64,000 nt of DNA from Bdellovibrionales bacterium (GTDB lineage Bacteria > Bdellovibrionota > Bdellovibrionia > Bdellovibrionales > UBA1609). Each line of letters starts with the position of its first letter. Within the stretch, counting starts at the first letter, position 1. Location of the stretch: assembly GCA_965261545.1 (NCBI GenBank), contig CBDHDF010000011.1, positions 64,001 through 128,000 on the forward strand, given 5' to 3'. Under the pieces are notes generated by a model. It had not been told where the DNA came from and did not search any database. It saw only the letters and a program-made list of their open reading frames with translations. A program made the position numbers and the translations under genes. Positions 29,552 to 40,264 of this stretch are shown here, one piece after another.

Positions 29552-31303
29552 ATGTCGAGTGTTGCAAGAGCGTTCTCCTTTTTCACTTCCTTTCTAAAGA
29601 CCTATCAGCTTTCCATATGGTCGGGAATTCTTATTGGAACAAGCTATATCCCATTGCCCCCTTGGGCCTGCTTATTTCTATTTGTGCCTCTCTGGCTTCA
29701 GTGGCAAAGATCTCGCTCTTTTAAAGAAGTGTTTATGGCCGGTTGGATCACTCAATTTATTTTAACTTTGATTGGTTTTTACTGGGTGGCGCACACGATT
29801 CACGAATTTGGACAACTCCCTATGCCCCTATCCTATTTAGGACTTTTTCTCTTTTGTAGCTTTGCCAACCTCTATATTCCTCTTTCTGGAGTCATATGGT
29901 TTAAGTTCCGCTCCTTTGCTGGAGGCAAAGCTCCAAGCCTTCTTACTCTTCTCACTCTTCCGATGATCCTTTGGCTTATGGAAACCTTTACTCCTACGAT
30001 TTTTAAATGGAACTTTGGTTATTCACTATTTTGGACCGGGCTTCCCATGTTTCATCTCGCTGAGTACATTGGAGCCCAAGGTTTAAGTGCCATCGTCATT
30101 TTTAGCAATCTCCTTTCTCTGATGATGTGGAGTCAACGCCACCACTTGAGAAATGTTCTCAAATGGAGCCTTCTTTTGCTTGCCCTTATTATAGGGGCCA
30201 ATGTGATAGGATGGAGTACCTCCCAAAACCTCTCCCCACCCGATGAAAATCTCCATGTCCTTATTGTTCAAGCTAATATTGGAAACATGAAAAAAATGTA
30301 TGCCAAAAAAGGCTATGGCTTTAGAAACCATATTATCAATAAGTATATTCAAATAACCCATGCAGGTATTCAGAATTTTAAAGATCGCCAAAACCAAAGC
30401 CATAAAAATTCACAAGATTACGAAAGCCAACCCCATTCCGAAAATAAAAAAACGATTGATTTTGTCGTCTGGCCAGAAACAGCTTTTCCCAACACCTTGG
30501 GAAGGTCCTACGACCGTAATTTTCAGGCTCGCAAACTTTTTCAAATGATTCGTGAAACTCAAACACCTATGGTCATGGGCTCTTACAGTCGCAGCCCCGG
30601 AGGCCGCACCACAAACTCCATTTTCTTCATCAATGAAAGGGCTGAGTACATGAGTCCCCCCTATCACAAAACCCACCTTTTGGCCTTTGGAGAATACTTG
30701 CCCTTAAGCTCCTATTTTCCCATACTGAGAAAATGGCTGCCCCAAGTGGGAAACTTTCAGCAAGGAGATGGACCCCAAACCCAGGTTTTTCTTCGCCCCC
30801 CTTCCCAAAGCTCAGAACAAAATCCACAAACGGCAAAAAATCAAGGGCCGGTAAGAAGTCATGTAAAAATTGGCCCACAAATCTGCTATGAATCGCTTTT
30901 TCCAAATTTCTCCATTGCCCTAGCCAACCAAGGCGCCCAAGTGATTGTCAATGTGACCAATGACTCTTGGTATGGGTCTCAACAAGAGCCATACCAACAT
31001 CTCTATATGACCCTGATGCGAGCTGTTGAGCTAAGAAGGCCCCTGATACGATCCACCAACACAGGCATTTCAACGGTGGCTCTTGCCAGCGGAGAAGTTT
31101 TAGAAACTTCTCCCATCTACAAGGAGTGGAGCCATACTTTTAAAGTTCCCTACGCCTCTCAACCCAAGGTGACAATATATCAAGCTTTTCCTTGGCTCCT
31201 TCCTTTTGTTGTGTTTATGTTACTTCTTTTCGTGCTTACATGGACCTACATCAAGGACTCAACAATAAGAAATAAGAAAACCAAAACAATAAGAAAACAA
31301 TGA
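29552..31303 (+). CDS. lnt: Apolipoprotein N-acyltransferase
   Basis: VWPETA, KTHLLAFGEY, ICYESLF, VTNDSWYG, RAVELRRPLIRSTNTG. Confidence 0.95.
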   Translation: MSSVARAFSFFTSFLKTYQLSIWSGILIGTSYIPLPPWACLFLFVPLWLQWQRSRSFKEVFMAGWITQFILTLIGFYWVAHTIHEFGQLPMPLSYLGLFLFCSFANLYIPLSGVIWFKFRSFAGGKAPSLLTLLTLPMILWLMETFTPTIFKWNFGYSLFWTGLPMFHLAEYIGAQGLSAIVIFSNLLSLMMWSQRHHLRNVLKWSLLLLALIIGANVIGWSTSQNLSPPDENLHVLIVQANIGNMKKMYAKKGYGFRNHIINKYIQITHAGIQNFKDRQNQSHKNSQDYESQPHSENKKTIDFVVWPETAFPNTLGRSYDRNFQARKLFQMIRETQTPMVMGSYSRSPGGRTTNSIFFINERAEYMSPPYHKTHLLAFGEYLPLSSYFPILRKWLPQVGNFQQGDGPQTQVFLRPPSQSSEQNPQTAKNQGPVRSHVKIGPQICYESLFPNFSIALANQGAQVIVNVTNDSWYGSQQEPYQHLYMTLMRAVELRRPLIRSTNTGISTVALASGEVLETSPIYKEWSHTFKVPYASQPKVTIYQAFPWLLPFVVFMLLLFVLTWTYIKDSTIRNKKTKTIRKQ

Positions 31304-33630
31304 CAACTCAAGACAATACAAATTCTAATATAGATATAAATTCTGACATAAACCTTCCCAGCACGAAGAACGCAGAGAACTCCCCTCTTTCTCGCACCAC
31401 CCAGATTCATAGTATTGACTGGGGTCTCGTTTTAGAAAGACTCTCCCATTTTGCCACCAGTTCCCAAGGCAAGAGGGAACTTGAAAACCTTCACCCCTTG
31501 TCATCTCCCCAAGCGGCTCTAAAAAGCTTTGCCCAAATTGGAGAAGCTACGACCATACTTCAAACAAAGGCGCGCCCCTTCATGGAAAGCCTTGATGTCT
31601 ACGAAGCCTGGTGGAGACCCCTTGCTAAAAAAGCCATTCTCAAAACTTCAGCACTCAAAGATATTCGCCATTTCTGCATGGAGGTTATCGCCCTTAAAGA
31701 AACCTTGGCCAATGAAACCCCTTCCTCTGCGTCTCCGACCCATCTCGCCTCCAAATCCTCGACCCACCTCGCCTCCAAATCCTCGGCCCACCTCGCCTCC
31801 AAATCCCCGGCTCACCTCACCGCCCAGCCACCAGTCTCCACCTCCTTGAGTGACTCCCGCTCTTGGACCAAGGAACAAAAGTCCCAGTTGATGAATGCAA
31901 GAGAACCTATTTCAGCCATCGACGACATCATAACTCCCAGTGGAGACTTGCGCAGCGATGCCAGCAAAGAACTCTATGAACTCAACAATGAAAAATCAAA
32001 CTTGACCAAAAGTATACAAAAAGCCTTGGACCGTAGGGTAAAGGCCCACCAAATGGAACCCCTGCTCCAAGACAAATATGTCACAAGTCGAGAGGGGCGG
32101 TGGGTGCTTCCCATTAAAAGTGGAGTGCAACACAGGTTTGACGGAATTATCCATGCCTCAAGTCAAAGCCAGAAAACTGTTTTTATGGAACCCAGTGAGA
32201 TTGTTCCCATGAACAATCGTCTCAGACAAATCGAAAGTGAAATAGAAGAAGAAGTCCAAAGGATTCTCTCCGAACTCTCCTCCTACCTCCATGGCCTGCT
32301 TATCCCTTTTCAAAGGAGCCAAGCCACCCTCCTGCACTGTGATATCACCTTTGCCAAGGCTCGCCTCCTCCTTCAAATCAAAGGCAACCCCTGTCAGTTT
32401 AGTGAGGATCAATGTCATCTCATGGGCTTGAGACACCCCCTTTTGGAACTCAACGGAGATAAGGTCGTTCCCAACACCCTTCAATTGGACTACAAAAATA
32501 GAATTCTTCTCCTTTCAGGCCCTAATGCTGGTGGCAAAACAGTCTTACTAAAGTCATTTGGTTTGGCGGCTCAGATGGCCCGGCACGGCCTTCCCGTGGC
32601 GGCAAGTGCTGGCTCAAAAATTCCCTTTTTTAAGGAGATATTTATCAGCGTGGGAGATGCTCAAAATGTGGGAGCCCACCTAAGTACCTTTGCTGCCCAC
32701 TTAAAACTTTTAGACCAGGCCACTCAGGCCAAGGGGACAGATCAACTTGTCCTTGTAGATGAGATATGCAGCTCCACAGACCCCGAAGAGGGGGCGGCCC
32801 TCGCCCGAAGTTTCATCCATAAATTTGCTGAACAAAAATGCTTTGCTATTGTCACTTCCCATTTCGGCCACCTTAAAAAGGGCTGGTCCCCCCACAGTGG
32901 TGTCATCAACGGCAGCTTGGATTTTAGGGTGAACCAGGGTCCCACTTACCAATTCTCTATGGGAGTTCCGGGCCAATCTCTAGCCATTCAAACAGCTCAA
33001 AGAGTGGGGATTGACCCCTCGATCATACATCGAGCCATGGATTTTATGGGGCCTGAGTTTAAAAAATATCAAAAAGACACCCAGTCCATAGAAACCCTTA
33101 AAGAAGAACTTCACCATGTAAAAAGAAAACTGGATGAGAAACGCACTCAAGTCCAAAAGATGCTTCAAAAATATGAGAAATTGGTGGAGAAGTTTAAAAA
33201 TGAGCGCAACGACATGTTGAAACAAGCTCAAGTCCGCGCTGAGAGAAAAATCGACAAACTTATTCAAAGGGCTCAACAAAAAGCTCAGGTAGAGAATATT
33301 TTTCAGAAATACAGTGAGTTACAAAAGGTCAAAGCAGATATTCCAAAAATTATTAAAACTCGCAGAAATGAAAATGATACTCAAAAATTCCACTCCCTTG
33401 AAGAGTTTCTCTGTGCTATCTCGCCAGGCTCTAAGGTTTATGTCCCCAGTATTCAAAGAGAAGCCATTGTCCAGGGAAAACCCAATTCCAAAGGAGAGGT
33501 TTCCATCCTCTCCAACTCCATGCGGCTTATAGTGCCATGGCAAAGTATCCAACCGAGCCTCTCTACTTCTTCAACAAATTCTTTCCATGACCATGACCGC
33601 CCTCCGTATGGGAGGCCAAAGAAGGATTGA
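31300..33630 (+). CDS. mutS2: MutS2 family protein lacking C-terminal Smr domain
   Basis: GPNAGGKTVLLK, LSTFAAH, DEICSSTDPEEGAALA, GVPGQSLA, coiled coil, KOW-like end. Confidence 0.9.
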   Translation: MTTQDNTNSNIDINSDINLPSTKNAENSPLSRTTQIHSIDWGLVLERLSHFATSSQGKRELENLHPLSSPQAALKSFAQIGEATTILQTKARPFMESLDVYEAWWRPLAKKAILKTSALKDIRHFCMEVIALKETLANETPSSASPTHLASKSSTHLASKSSAHLASKSPAHLTAQPPVSTSLSDSRSWTKEQKSQLMNAREPISAIDDIITPSGDLRSDASKELYELNNEKSNLTKSIQKALDRRVKAHQMEPLLQDKYVTSREGRWVLPIKSGVQHRFDGIIHASSQSQKTVFMEPSEIVPMNNRLRQIESEIEEEVQRILSELSSYLHGLLIPFQRSQATLLHCDITFAKARLLLQIKGNPCQFSEDQCHLMGLRHPLLELNGDKVVPNTLQLDYKNRILLLSGPNAGGKTVLLKSFGLAAQMARHGLPVAASAGSKIPFFKEIFISVGDAQNVGAHLSTFAAHLKLLDQATQAKGTDQLVLVDEICSSTDPEEGAALARSFIHKFAEQKCFAIVTSHFGHLKKGWSPHSGVINGSLDFRVNQGPTYQFSMGVPGQSLAIQTAQRVGIDPSIIHRAMDFMGPEFKKYQKDTQSIETLKEELHHVKRKLDEKRTQVQKMLQKYEKLVEKFKNERNDMLKQAQVRAERKIDKLIQRAQQKAQVENIFQKYSELQKVKADIPKIIKTRRNENDTQKFHSLEEFLCAISPGSKVYVPSIQREAIVQGKPNSKGEVSILSNSMRLIVPWQSIQPSLSTSSTNSFHDHDRPPYGRPKKD
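31735..31830 (+). repeat. 24-bp coding tandem repeat x4 (THLASKSS-like) inside MutS2
   Basis: cacctcgcctccaaatcctcg units. Confidence 0.9.
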
Positions 33631-36466
33631 GTGGGTCATGACAGAAATACTTGACACTATGCTGGCCAATAGGCAAAGGGCGCTGAAATGTCATTGTTGT
33701 TTTATCACGGCTGAATGGTGGGGGGGAGATGCCATTTTCCAATTCAACCACAACTTCGATTTGCCCATCTCCATTTCGGTCCACGGGGAGACAATCCAGT
33801 TCAATAGCAAATATTTGATTGCGTACGCTCACGCCAATGTCACTAAGTTGAGATGAATAATCAGGCTCACAGATAGAGCCAATAATCCCACCTGTCATTT
33901 TCGATAATTTGGTATATTCCAATCCCTCTGTGTATCCCCCGTTGTCCAAACACTCTTTATCTCCTTCTTTGACAATGATCGAGTGAAAGACAAAACTCTT
34001 AAGGCCTCCCCAAATATTATTTACAAAATTTATAAGGTTGCTGGCTTTGTTTCTATGTTTTGTATCAGACTCATCTTCATCTGAGAGAAGAACCACTGCC
34101 ATGTGGGCCGGGTCTCTCAGAAAATCTCTATTGGGCTTACTTTCATCAAAGCGATCGGGGTTGATATCTCTGGCTCTTTCAATCATTCGATAAGTATTGC
34201 GAATCCCCTGCTCTTTACTTGCCGACGAACTTGTAGGTCTTTTCACGGCTTGACTTAAATAATCTTGGGCCATCTCCGTGGGCAAAGAGACATCAAGATG
34301 GGTATTTCCATTGACAAAGGTGGCCAATTTTCCATCGCTGGCATTCGCTGAAGCCCTGGTGTATGTTGTGGTCACGGCAATGCGCCAATCCAAATCATGG
34401 AGATGCTGGACAAAATTCTTGATTCTTCTCGCCATATGGTCTTGCTCTTCATCCATAGAGGTGGAGTTATCCACCACAAACAAGATGTCAATGTCATCGT
34501 CTGATTCATCCACAAGAACCGTCTGATTCACGAGTCGAAAGGGGCTGAAGGCCTCCCACCCATGACTTATGGAGGTGGCATTGCCCGCTTCATCAAAAAT
34601 ATTGACGATCATCTCGTTTTGCCCCCTCACTAGATAGTGAGTTTGAAACCTCTGGCCTGCCGCACAGTTGACATTGTGAGAGTTGATCTGGCAGTGAGCC
34701 TCCTTAACTCCGCTAAGTTTGTCAGAAGCAAAAAAGTGAGCAAAGCTATCATCGTCAATATCATGCCTTGACGGAACTTCAACCCATCCTGCCACAGGAG
34801 GTGTTAAATCTATGTTCCAATAATATGAGGCAGGACCTGAAGGCGTACCCCATACATCGTAAGCCACCACTTGAAAAGTATAGCTGCTTTCTTTGAGAGC
34901 CGAAATTTTGTGGGGGGATTGACAGATCAGAAAAGGACCTCCATTGATAGAACACTCGTAGTGGCTTAGGCTTTCAGACCCCTCAGTTCCCTGGAATTCT
35001 AAAAAAGCCTCTGTGGCATTGGACCACAGTTTAGGACCACTAGATATGTGAACTGTTGGAGCTTCCACACCAACCTTCCACTCGTGAAACTTAATAGGGG
35101 ATCGATTGCCAGCCCTGTCTTGTGCATAAACCTCAAAACGATATTTCCCATCCAATAAATTTGTATAATTCACAGGGCTTGCGCACTCGGACTCCACTTG
35201 ATTCAACTGACAACGGGACCAAAGAATGCCACTTCCTGACTCGGTGACATTAAAAGTAAAGCGTGCATCTCTTATACCTTGAGAAGAACTGGGAGCAGAA
35301 ATAATTTCTACAGAAGGAGGTGTGAGATCGACCCACCACTGATGGGAGACTTCGGGAGAAATATTTCCCACCAAGTCTCGTGCTCTCACCACAAGCACAT
35401 GCTGCCCCTCTCGAAGCGAAAATCTTTCTTCTTCTTGGCAAATGACAAAGGGGCTGCGGTCCAAACTGCACTCAAAGCTAGACTTAGGATGGGCGTCCAC
35501 AACAAGGAATTTAAATTCTGACAAAGCTTGGTTAGAATATCTGTAGGGGCTTTTAATAATTTGCACTAGGGGTGGCGTTTGATCTATGGACCATGCATAG
35601 TTAAGAGTAGATATATTCCCGGTGCGATCTTTTCCTTGCACACTCAAGGTGTGCCTTCCATCAAGAAGATTTTGTAAAGACAATGTATTTTTACAAGAAC
35701 TCAGTGGAGTATTGTCCAGGCGACATACAAGTTCAATGTTTTGAACCAGCGTGTGGTTGTCTGCCACAGCAAACTTAAATTGGGCAATATTTAAATTGCT
35801 CAAAGCAGAGGGTGTCTCTGTCCACTGCATAAGGGGTGGAGTGAAATCCACCACCCATTGGTAATCTATGGACGGAGAGACATTTCCCGCCTTATCTTCT
35901 ACAAAAAGAGAGAGCCCTTGGTCCCCTTCAGCAAGCTCACTGAATTCCACACGATTGCCACACTCTTCTAGGTTGCCATTGCGAGTGCAATAATAAGCCG
36001 ACACCCCAGATAAATTATCTGTGGACTTGACCGTAAAATAGTCGCTTGAATTTCTACTATAGACTTCAGGCACCCGTTCCCATTCCACTTGTGGTGGAAC
36101 ATCATCGTGAACAATGGAATCACTAAAGCAATCTGATTGGCTTCTATCGGTTCGGAATTGAATATAAACCGATGTTTCTTTATTGGACTGGCTCAACACC
36201 CATTCTTTATTTCTTATGTAAGATTCCCACTCACCTCCTGCTTCACAGGTAGGATCGTTGGTGACATACATTTCTTGCTCACCCAACCCTAAAAGAGTGA
36301 GCCTGACAGTTGTGTTATTTGTAAAAGGATCTTCTTCATTTATAACAATGCCATTGGTGGTGCTACTGAAGCTTGCTTCGCCAGTTCCATCAAAGGCAAC
36401 ACGAGTGCATCCAGATAAAAACAAAGGAAATACCAATCCAATAAGAATGATATGGTTTGTATTCAT
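33563..36466 (-). CDS. Large lipoprotein with ~6 Ig-like repeats and C-terminal vWA domain
   Basis: Lipobox FLSGC; repeated W.vD.TPP...F.C.LD...DrAGN units; MIDAS DILFVVDNSTSM and LLSDEDE. Confidence 0.8.
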   Translation of the reverse strand: MNTNHIILIGLVFPLFLSGCTRVAFDGTGEASFSSTTNGIVINEEDPFTNNTTVRLTLLGLGEQEMYVTNDPTCEAGGEWESYIRNKEWVLSQSNKETSVYIQFRTDRSQSDCFSDSIVHDDVPPQVEWERVPEVYSRNSSDYFTVKSTDNLSGVSAYYCTRNGNLEECGNRVEFSELAEGDQGLSLFVEDKAGNVSPSIDYQWVVDFTPPLMQWTETPSALSNLNIAQFKFAVADNHTLVQNIELVCRLDNTPLSSCKNTLSLQNLLDGRHTLSVQGKDRTGNISTLNYAWSIDQTPPLVQIIKSPYRYSNQALSEFKFLVVDAHPKSSFECSLDRSPFVICQEEERFSLREGQHVLVVRARDLVGNISPEVSHQWWVDLTPPSVEIISAPSSSQGIRDARFTFNVTESGSGILWSRCQLNQVESECASPVNYTNLLDGKYRFEVYAQDRAGNRSPIKFHEWKVGVEAPTVHISSGPKLWSNATEAFLEFQGTEGSESLSHYECSINGGPFLICQSPHKISALKESSYTFQVVAYDVWGTPSGPASYYWNIDLTPPVAGWVEVPSRHDIDDDSFAHFFASDKLSGVKEAHCQINSHNVNCAAGQRFQTHYLVRGQNEMIVNIFDEAGNATSISHGWEAFSPFRLVNQTVLVDESDDDIDILFVVDNSTSMDEEQDHMARRIKNFVQHLHDLDWRIAVTTTYTRASANASDGKLATFVNGNTHLDVSLPTEMAQDYLSQAVKRPTSSSASKEQGIRNTYRMIERARDINPDRFDESKPNRDFLRDPAHMAVVLLSDEDESDTKHRNKASNLINFVNNIWGGLKSFVFHSIIVKEGDKECLDNGGYTEGLEYTKLSKMTGGIIGSICEPDYSSQLSDIGVSVRNQIFAIELDCLPVDRNGDGQIEVVVELENGISPPPFSRDKTTMTFQRPLPIGQHSVKYFCHDPLNPSLASHTEGGHGHGKNLLKK

Positions 36467-36682
36467 AGTTATGACCTCTTTTATGAAGTGAAAATAATTT
36501 ATATTAAATTTATTCAAATAAGATGACCTCAATCACAGGTCTTCCCGTTGAATGATTATCGGTGACCAAGATCATGAACAATATGATGGATGACAATTTT
36601 TAGATAAAAGACGAGTTGGTTTTCTACCAAAATCGTGATGACTTGAGAAGCGAAAGCCAAAAAATCGAACAAGCTGAGGAAA

Positions 36683-37369
36683 CTAAATCGTGCCAAATTT
36701 CTTCTGAAAATGATCTTGAAGAATTTGTGTGATAGCCTCTCTATAAACTTTTCTTTGAAGAATTTCTTCAATAGATGTCATTCTTTGGCTCTGAAAACCA
36801 CAGGGATAAATTCCCTGAAAGGCTTTGGGGTCGTGATAAATATTTATGGCGACTCCGTGATAGGCGACCCAAGACTTAACAGCAATACCTATGGACACAA
36901 GCTTCTTATCACCTACCCACACCCCCGTCACAGAAAGGCGACCTTGATGTTGGCATGCAGATTTTTGCAACCCCCGTACGCCCAGAGAAGACGGGGGTGA
37001 TAGTGAAATGAAAAGCTCCTTCAAAGAATCCACAAGCCACTCTTCAAGGGACTCCAAATAATGATGAATATCCCTCGTTCGCAAGGAAGGCCGCCATCGA
37101 CTTAAGTCGATAATAGGATAAACGATAATTTGGCTGGGCCCATGGTAGGTGGCTCTTCCGCCTCGTTGACTCTGAATCACAGGGCCTCCCCAGGCGACCA
37201 CGTCCCCTTTCGCTTGCGAAGAGCGACCCAGCGTCACCACGGGCGGGTGGGTGCAGAAAATAAGAGACTCTTGGGCGGTTTTATTGGTTTTAAGATTTGC
37301 AACGATTTCTAGTTGGCGCTGAAGGGAGAGGTTGTAATCAACCCTCCCCCAGTGCTCCACTTTAAACAT
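36683..37369 (-). CDS. lipB: Octanoyltransferase
   Basis: HPPVVTLG, RGGRATYHGP, GVWVGDKKLVSIG, PCG. Confidence 0.93.
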   Translation of the reverse strand: MFKVEHWGRVDYNLSLQRQLEIVANLKTNKTAQESLIFCTHPPVVTLGRSSQAKGDVVAWGGPVIQSQRGGRATYHGPSQIIVYPIIDLSRWRPSLRTRDIHHYLESLEEWLVDSLKELFISLSPPSSLGVRGLQKSACQHQGRLSVTGVWVGDKKLVSIGIAVKSWVAYHGVAINIYHDPKAFQGIYPCGFQSQRMTSIEEILQRKVYREAITQILQDHFQKKFGTI

Positions 37370-38882
37370 GATTTCTTGGAGTCCCCGTGGGGCCTGATGC
37401 CTCCTCCTTAACTGCCGATCCTGACCCTGCCCCCAAGGGTAGTTTTGGCTTTAAGGGCTTTTGAATCATATGAATGGCGTGGCCGAGAGCGGCCTCTGCC
37501 GCCTCCATCATGGTTTCGCTTAGGGTGGGGTGGGGATGAATGGTGAGGGCGATATCCTCAAGAGTCGCCCCCATTTCAATGGCCAGTGCACACTCGCTAA
37601 TAAGATTACTGGCCTCAGGTCCCACCACATGAACCCCTAAAACCACATGGCTTTTTGCATCTGCAATGATTTTGACAAAACCATCTGTTTCCATGACAGA
37701 AACAGCTCGCCCATTGGCCCCAAAGGGAAATTTTCCAATTTTTAAATCCGAATGACCATGGGCCTTGCACTCATCTTCGAGCCATCCTACAGAAGCGATC
37801 TCTGGATCTGTAAACACAACGGCTGGCACCACCTTAGCATCGTAAACACGGTTGTACCCTGCAATCACCTCCGCCGCAAGAACTCCCTCATGGCTGGCTT
37901 TGTGGGCAAGCATAGGTGCCCCCGCGACATCTCCAATGGCGTAAATATGGGGTGTGGTGGTTTTCATCTGAACATTGACCTTGATAAAACCATTATCATC
38001 CACTTGAACACTCGCAGCCTTGAGGTTCATTTCATCGGAGTTGGGGCGACGCCCCACCGTGAGGAGAATTCCATCGGTTTTGATCCCCTCAGATTTCCCC
38101 TCCCTTTCTACAGTCACTTCATAGCCCAACTTTAACTTCTTATAGGACTTGGCTAAGGCCCCTAGGTGAACACTCACACCCAATTTCTTCAACTTGCGGG
38201 CCACCACCTGGACACACTCCTTATCCGCCACACCTTGCAAAAGAGAAGCGCTGGCTTCAAGAACTGTCACCTGGGAGCCCAGTTTGGACATATATGATCC
38301 AATCTCCAAGCCAATATAACCTCCTCCAATAACAACAAAGTTTTTGGGAACTTTCTTTAAAGCAAGGGCCCCTGTGGAAGAGAGAACATGAGTCTCATCC
38401 ACGATAAAGCCCGGAATTTCAATGGGGCGAGACCCCGTGGCAATAATAAAGTTTTTAGCTTTGATCACCTGAGTGGACTCGGATTCTCTGGAGCTTTTTA
38501 CCAAAAGCTCTGTGGGGCTTTGAAAATCAGCCTCCCCTTGAATAATACAAATCTTATTGCCCTTAAGAAGCTGAGAAACTCCCCCCGACATTTTATCGCA
38601 CACAGATTGCTTCCATTGGACAAGCTCTTCCATATTTAAATCAATGGAGCCTATGTGAAAACCCATTTTCTTAGCATCGTGCTGGGCCCGATGTAAAAAG
38701 TGAGCCGCTGAAATCATGGCCTTTGATGGAATGCAACCCACATTAAGACAAACGCCCCCCAGGGCCTCTCTTTCAACCACCGCTGTGCTTAAACCCAACT
38801 GGGACGCACGAATGGCGGCAACATACCCGCCGGGCCCTGAGCCGATAACACAAACATCGAAGTTTTGGCTTTCCAAAATCAT
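37362..38882 (-). CDS. lpdA: Dihydrolipoyl dehydrogenase (E3)
   Basis: GGVCLNVGCIPSK, LAHKA, HPHPTLSE. Confidence 0.96.
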   Translation of the reverse strand: MILESQNFDVCVIGSGPGGYVAAIRASQLGLSTAVVEREALGGVCLNVGCIPSKAMISAAHFLHRAQHDAKKMGFHIGSIDLNMEELVQWKQSVCDKMSGGVSQLLKGNKICIIQGEADFQSPTELLVKSSRESESTQVIKAKNFIIATGSRPIEIPGFIVDETHVLSSTGALALKKVPKNFVVIGGGYIGLEIGSYMSKLGSQVTVLEASASLLQGVADKECVQVVARKLKKLGVSVHLGALAKSYKKLKLGYEVTVEREGKSEGIKTDGILLTVGRRPNSDEMNLKAASVQVDDNGFIKVNVQMKTTTPHIYAIGDVAGAPMLAHKASHEGVLAAEVIAGYNRVYDAKVVPAVVFTDPEIASVGWLEDECKAHGHSDLKIGKFPFGANGRAVSVMETDGFVKIIADAKSHVVLGVHVVGPEASNLISECALAIEMGATLEDIALTIHPHPTLSETMMEAAEAALGHAIHMIQKPLKPKLPLGAGSGSAVKEEASGPTGTPRNHV

Positions 38883-40264
38883 ACCATATCCAACATGAGG
38901 TGGCTTGGGCTTTCAATGCGCTTTATAAAGGAAGAAAGAAATCGTGCGGCAACAGCTCCGTCAATGAGCCTGTGATCACAGGTGATTGTAAAATTCATCA
39001 CTTTCACAGGAAAAAATTGCCCATCTTTAAAAAGAGGTTTGTCCGTCATCTTGTAAACACCAAGTATGGCGACCTCTGGGTGATTGATAATGGGCGTTGC
39101 ATAGGTTCCACCCACACTTCCAATATTTGTAATGGTGACAGTGGCCCCTTTCATGTTCTCCAAGGGAAGCTCACCCTTACGAGCCTTGTTGGCAAGTTCT
39201 GTAATCTCATGGCTCAATTGAAGAATTGTCTTACTGTTTGCATTCTTGATATTGGGAACCAACAAACCCTTGGGAGTGTCGGTGGCAAAGCCTATATGGT
39301 AGTATTTTTTATAAACAATTTCTTGGGCTTCATCATCTATAGTGGCATTCACTTCTGGAAACTCCCTCAAAGTGGCAATAAGGGCTTTCATGATAAAGGG
39401 CAAAAAGGTAACATGGACGCCATACTCTTTGCCAATTTCTTTGGCTTGTTTTCTAAATTCATAAAGTTCACTCACATTGGCCTCATCCATGAGAGTAAAA
39501 TGAGGGACAATTTGCTTTGTCATCTGCATTTGCTCAGCAATTTTTCGACGGATACCTCGCAAGGGAACTCGCTCCTCTTCCATACTCAGAGACTTTGAGT
39601 CACCAAGAGGCGAAAAAATTTGACGCGAAAAGGGAGGAGAAAGGGCTTGAGAGGAAGAAGTCGAAACAGAAGCAGTCGGAACGGAAGAAATTGAAGCGGA
39701 AGCAGTTTCACCTGAAGCCTTTGCTCTCAAAACGTCATCCCTTGTCACACGACCCACGGAACCCGTACCCTGAAGTGCATTGATATCAATGTTCATTTCT
39801 CGGGCAAGACGACGGGTGCCCGGAGTCGCAAGAACCTGACTTTGAGCCACCGGAGGGTCAACAGAAGCCAATTTATGCCTCTCCTGTCCATCTTCTTGCC
39901 CATGGTGCTCTTGTGTGCGGTCCCCCTCTTGCAGATGATTCCCCTGTCTATTGACTGCCTCTTTTGTATGAGGAATATGATCTGTATGAGGCATATGATT
40001 TGTATGAGTCTTATGGACGGCATTTGTTGTATCAAGAACTAAAAGGGTTGTTTCAATGGGGATAACATCCCCTTCACTGGCTTTTAACTCCTTGACGGTG
40101 CCAGAAATAGGACTGGGCACTTCCACCGTGGCCTTATCTGTCATGATTTCAGCCACAGGCTGATCCTCTTCCACAGAATCCCCAATTTGCACCAGCCATT
40201 TGACCATTTCACCTTCGGTAACACCTTCTCCAATGTCTGGAAGAACAATATTTTTTACTGACAT
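38879..40264 (-). CDS. 2-oxoacid dehydrogenase E2 (dihydrolipoamide acyltransferase)
   Basis: Lipoyl TDKATVE, E3-binding ATPGTRRLARE...GRVTRDD, DHRLIDG. Confidence 0.93.
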   Translation of the reverse strand: MSVKNIVLPDIGEGVTEGEMVKWLVQIGDSVEEDQPVAEIMTDKATVEVPSPISGTVKELKASEGDVIPIETTLLVLDTTNAVHKTHTNHMPHTDHIPHTKEAVNRQGNHLQEGDRTQEHHGQEDGQERHKLASVDPPVAQSQVLATPGTRRLAREMNIDINALQGTGSVGRVTRDDVLRAKASGETASASISSVPTASVSTSSSQALSPPFSRQIFSPLGDSKSLSMEEERVPLRGIRRKIAEQMQMTKQIVPHFTLMDEANVSELYEFRKQAKEIGKEYGVHVTFLPFIMKALIATLREFPEVNATIDDEAQEIVYKKYYHIGFATDTPKGLLVPNIKNANSKTILQLSHEITELANKARKGELPLENMKGATVTITNIGSVGGTYATPIINHPEVAILGVYKMTDKPLFKDGQFFPVKVMNFTITCDHRLIDGAVAARFLSSFIKRIESPSHLMLDMV

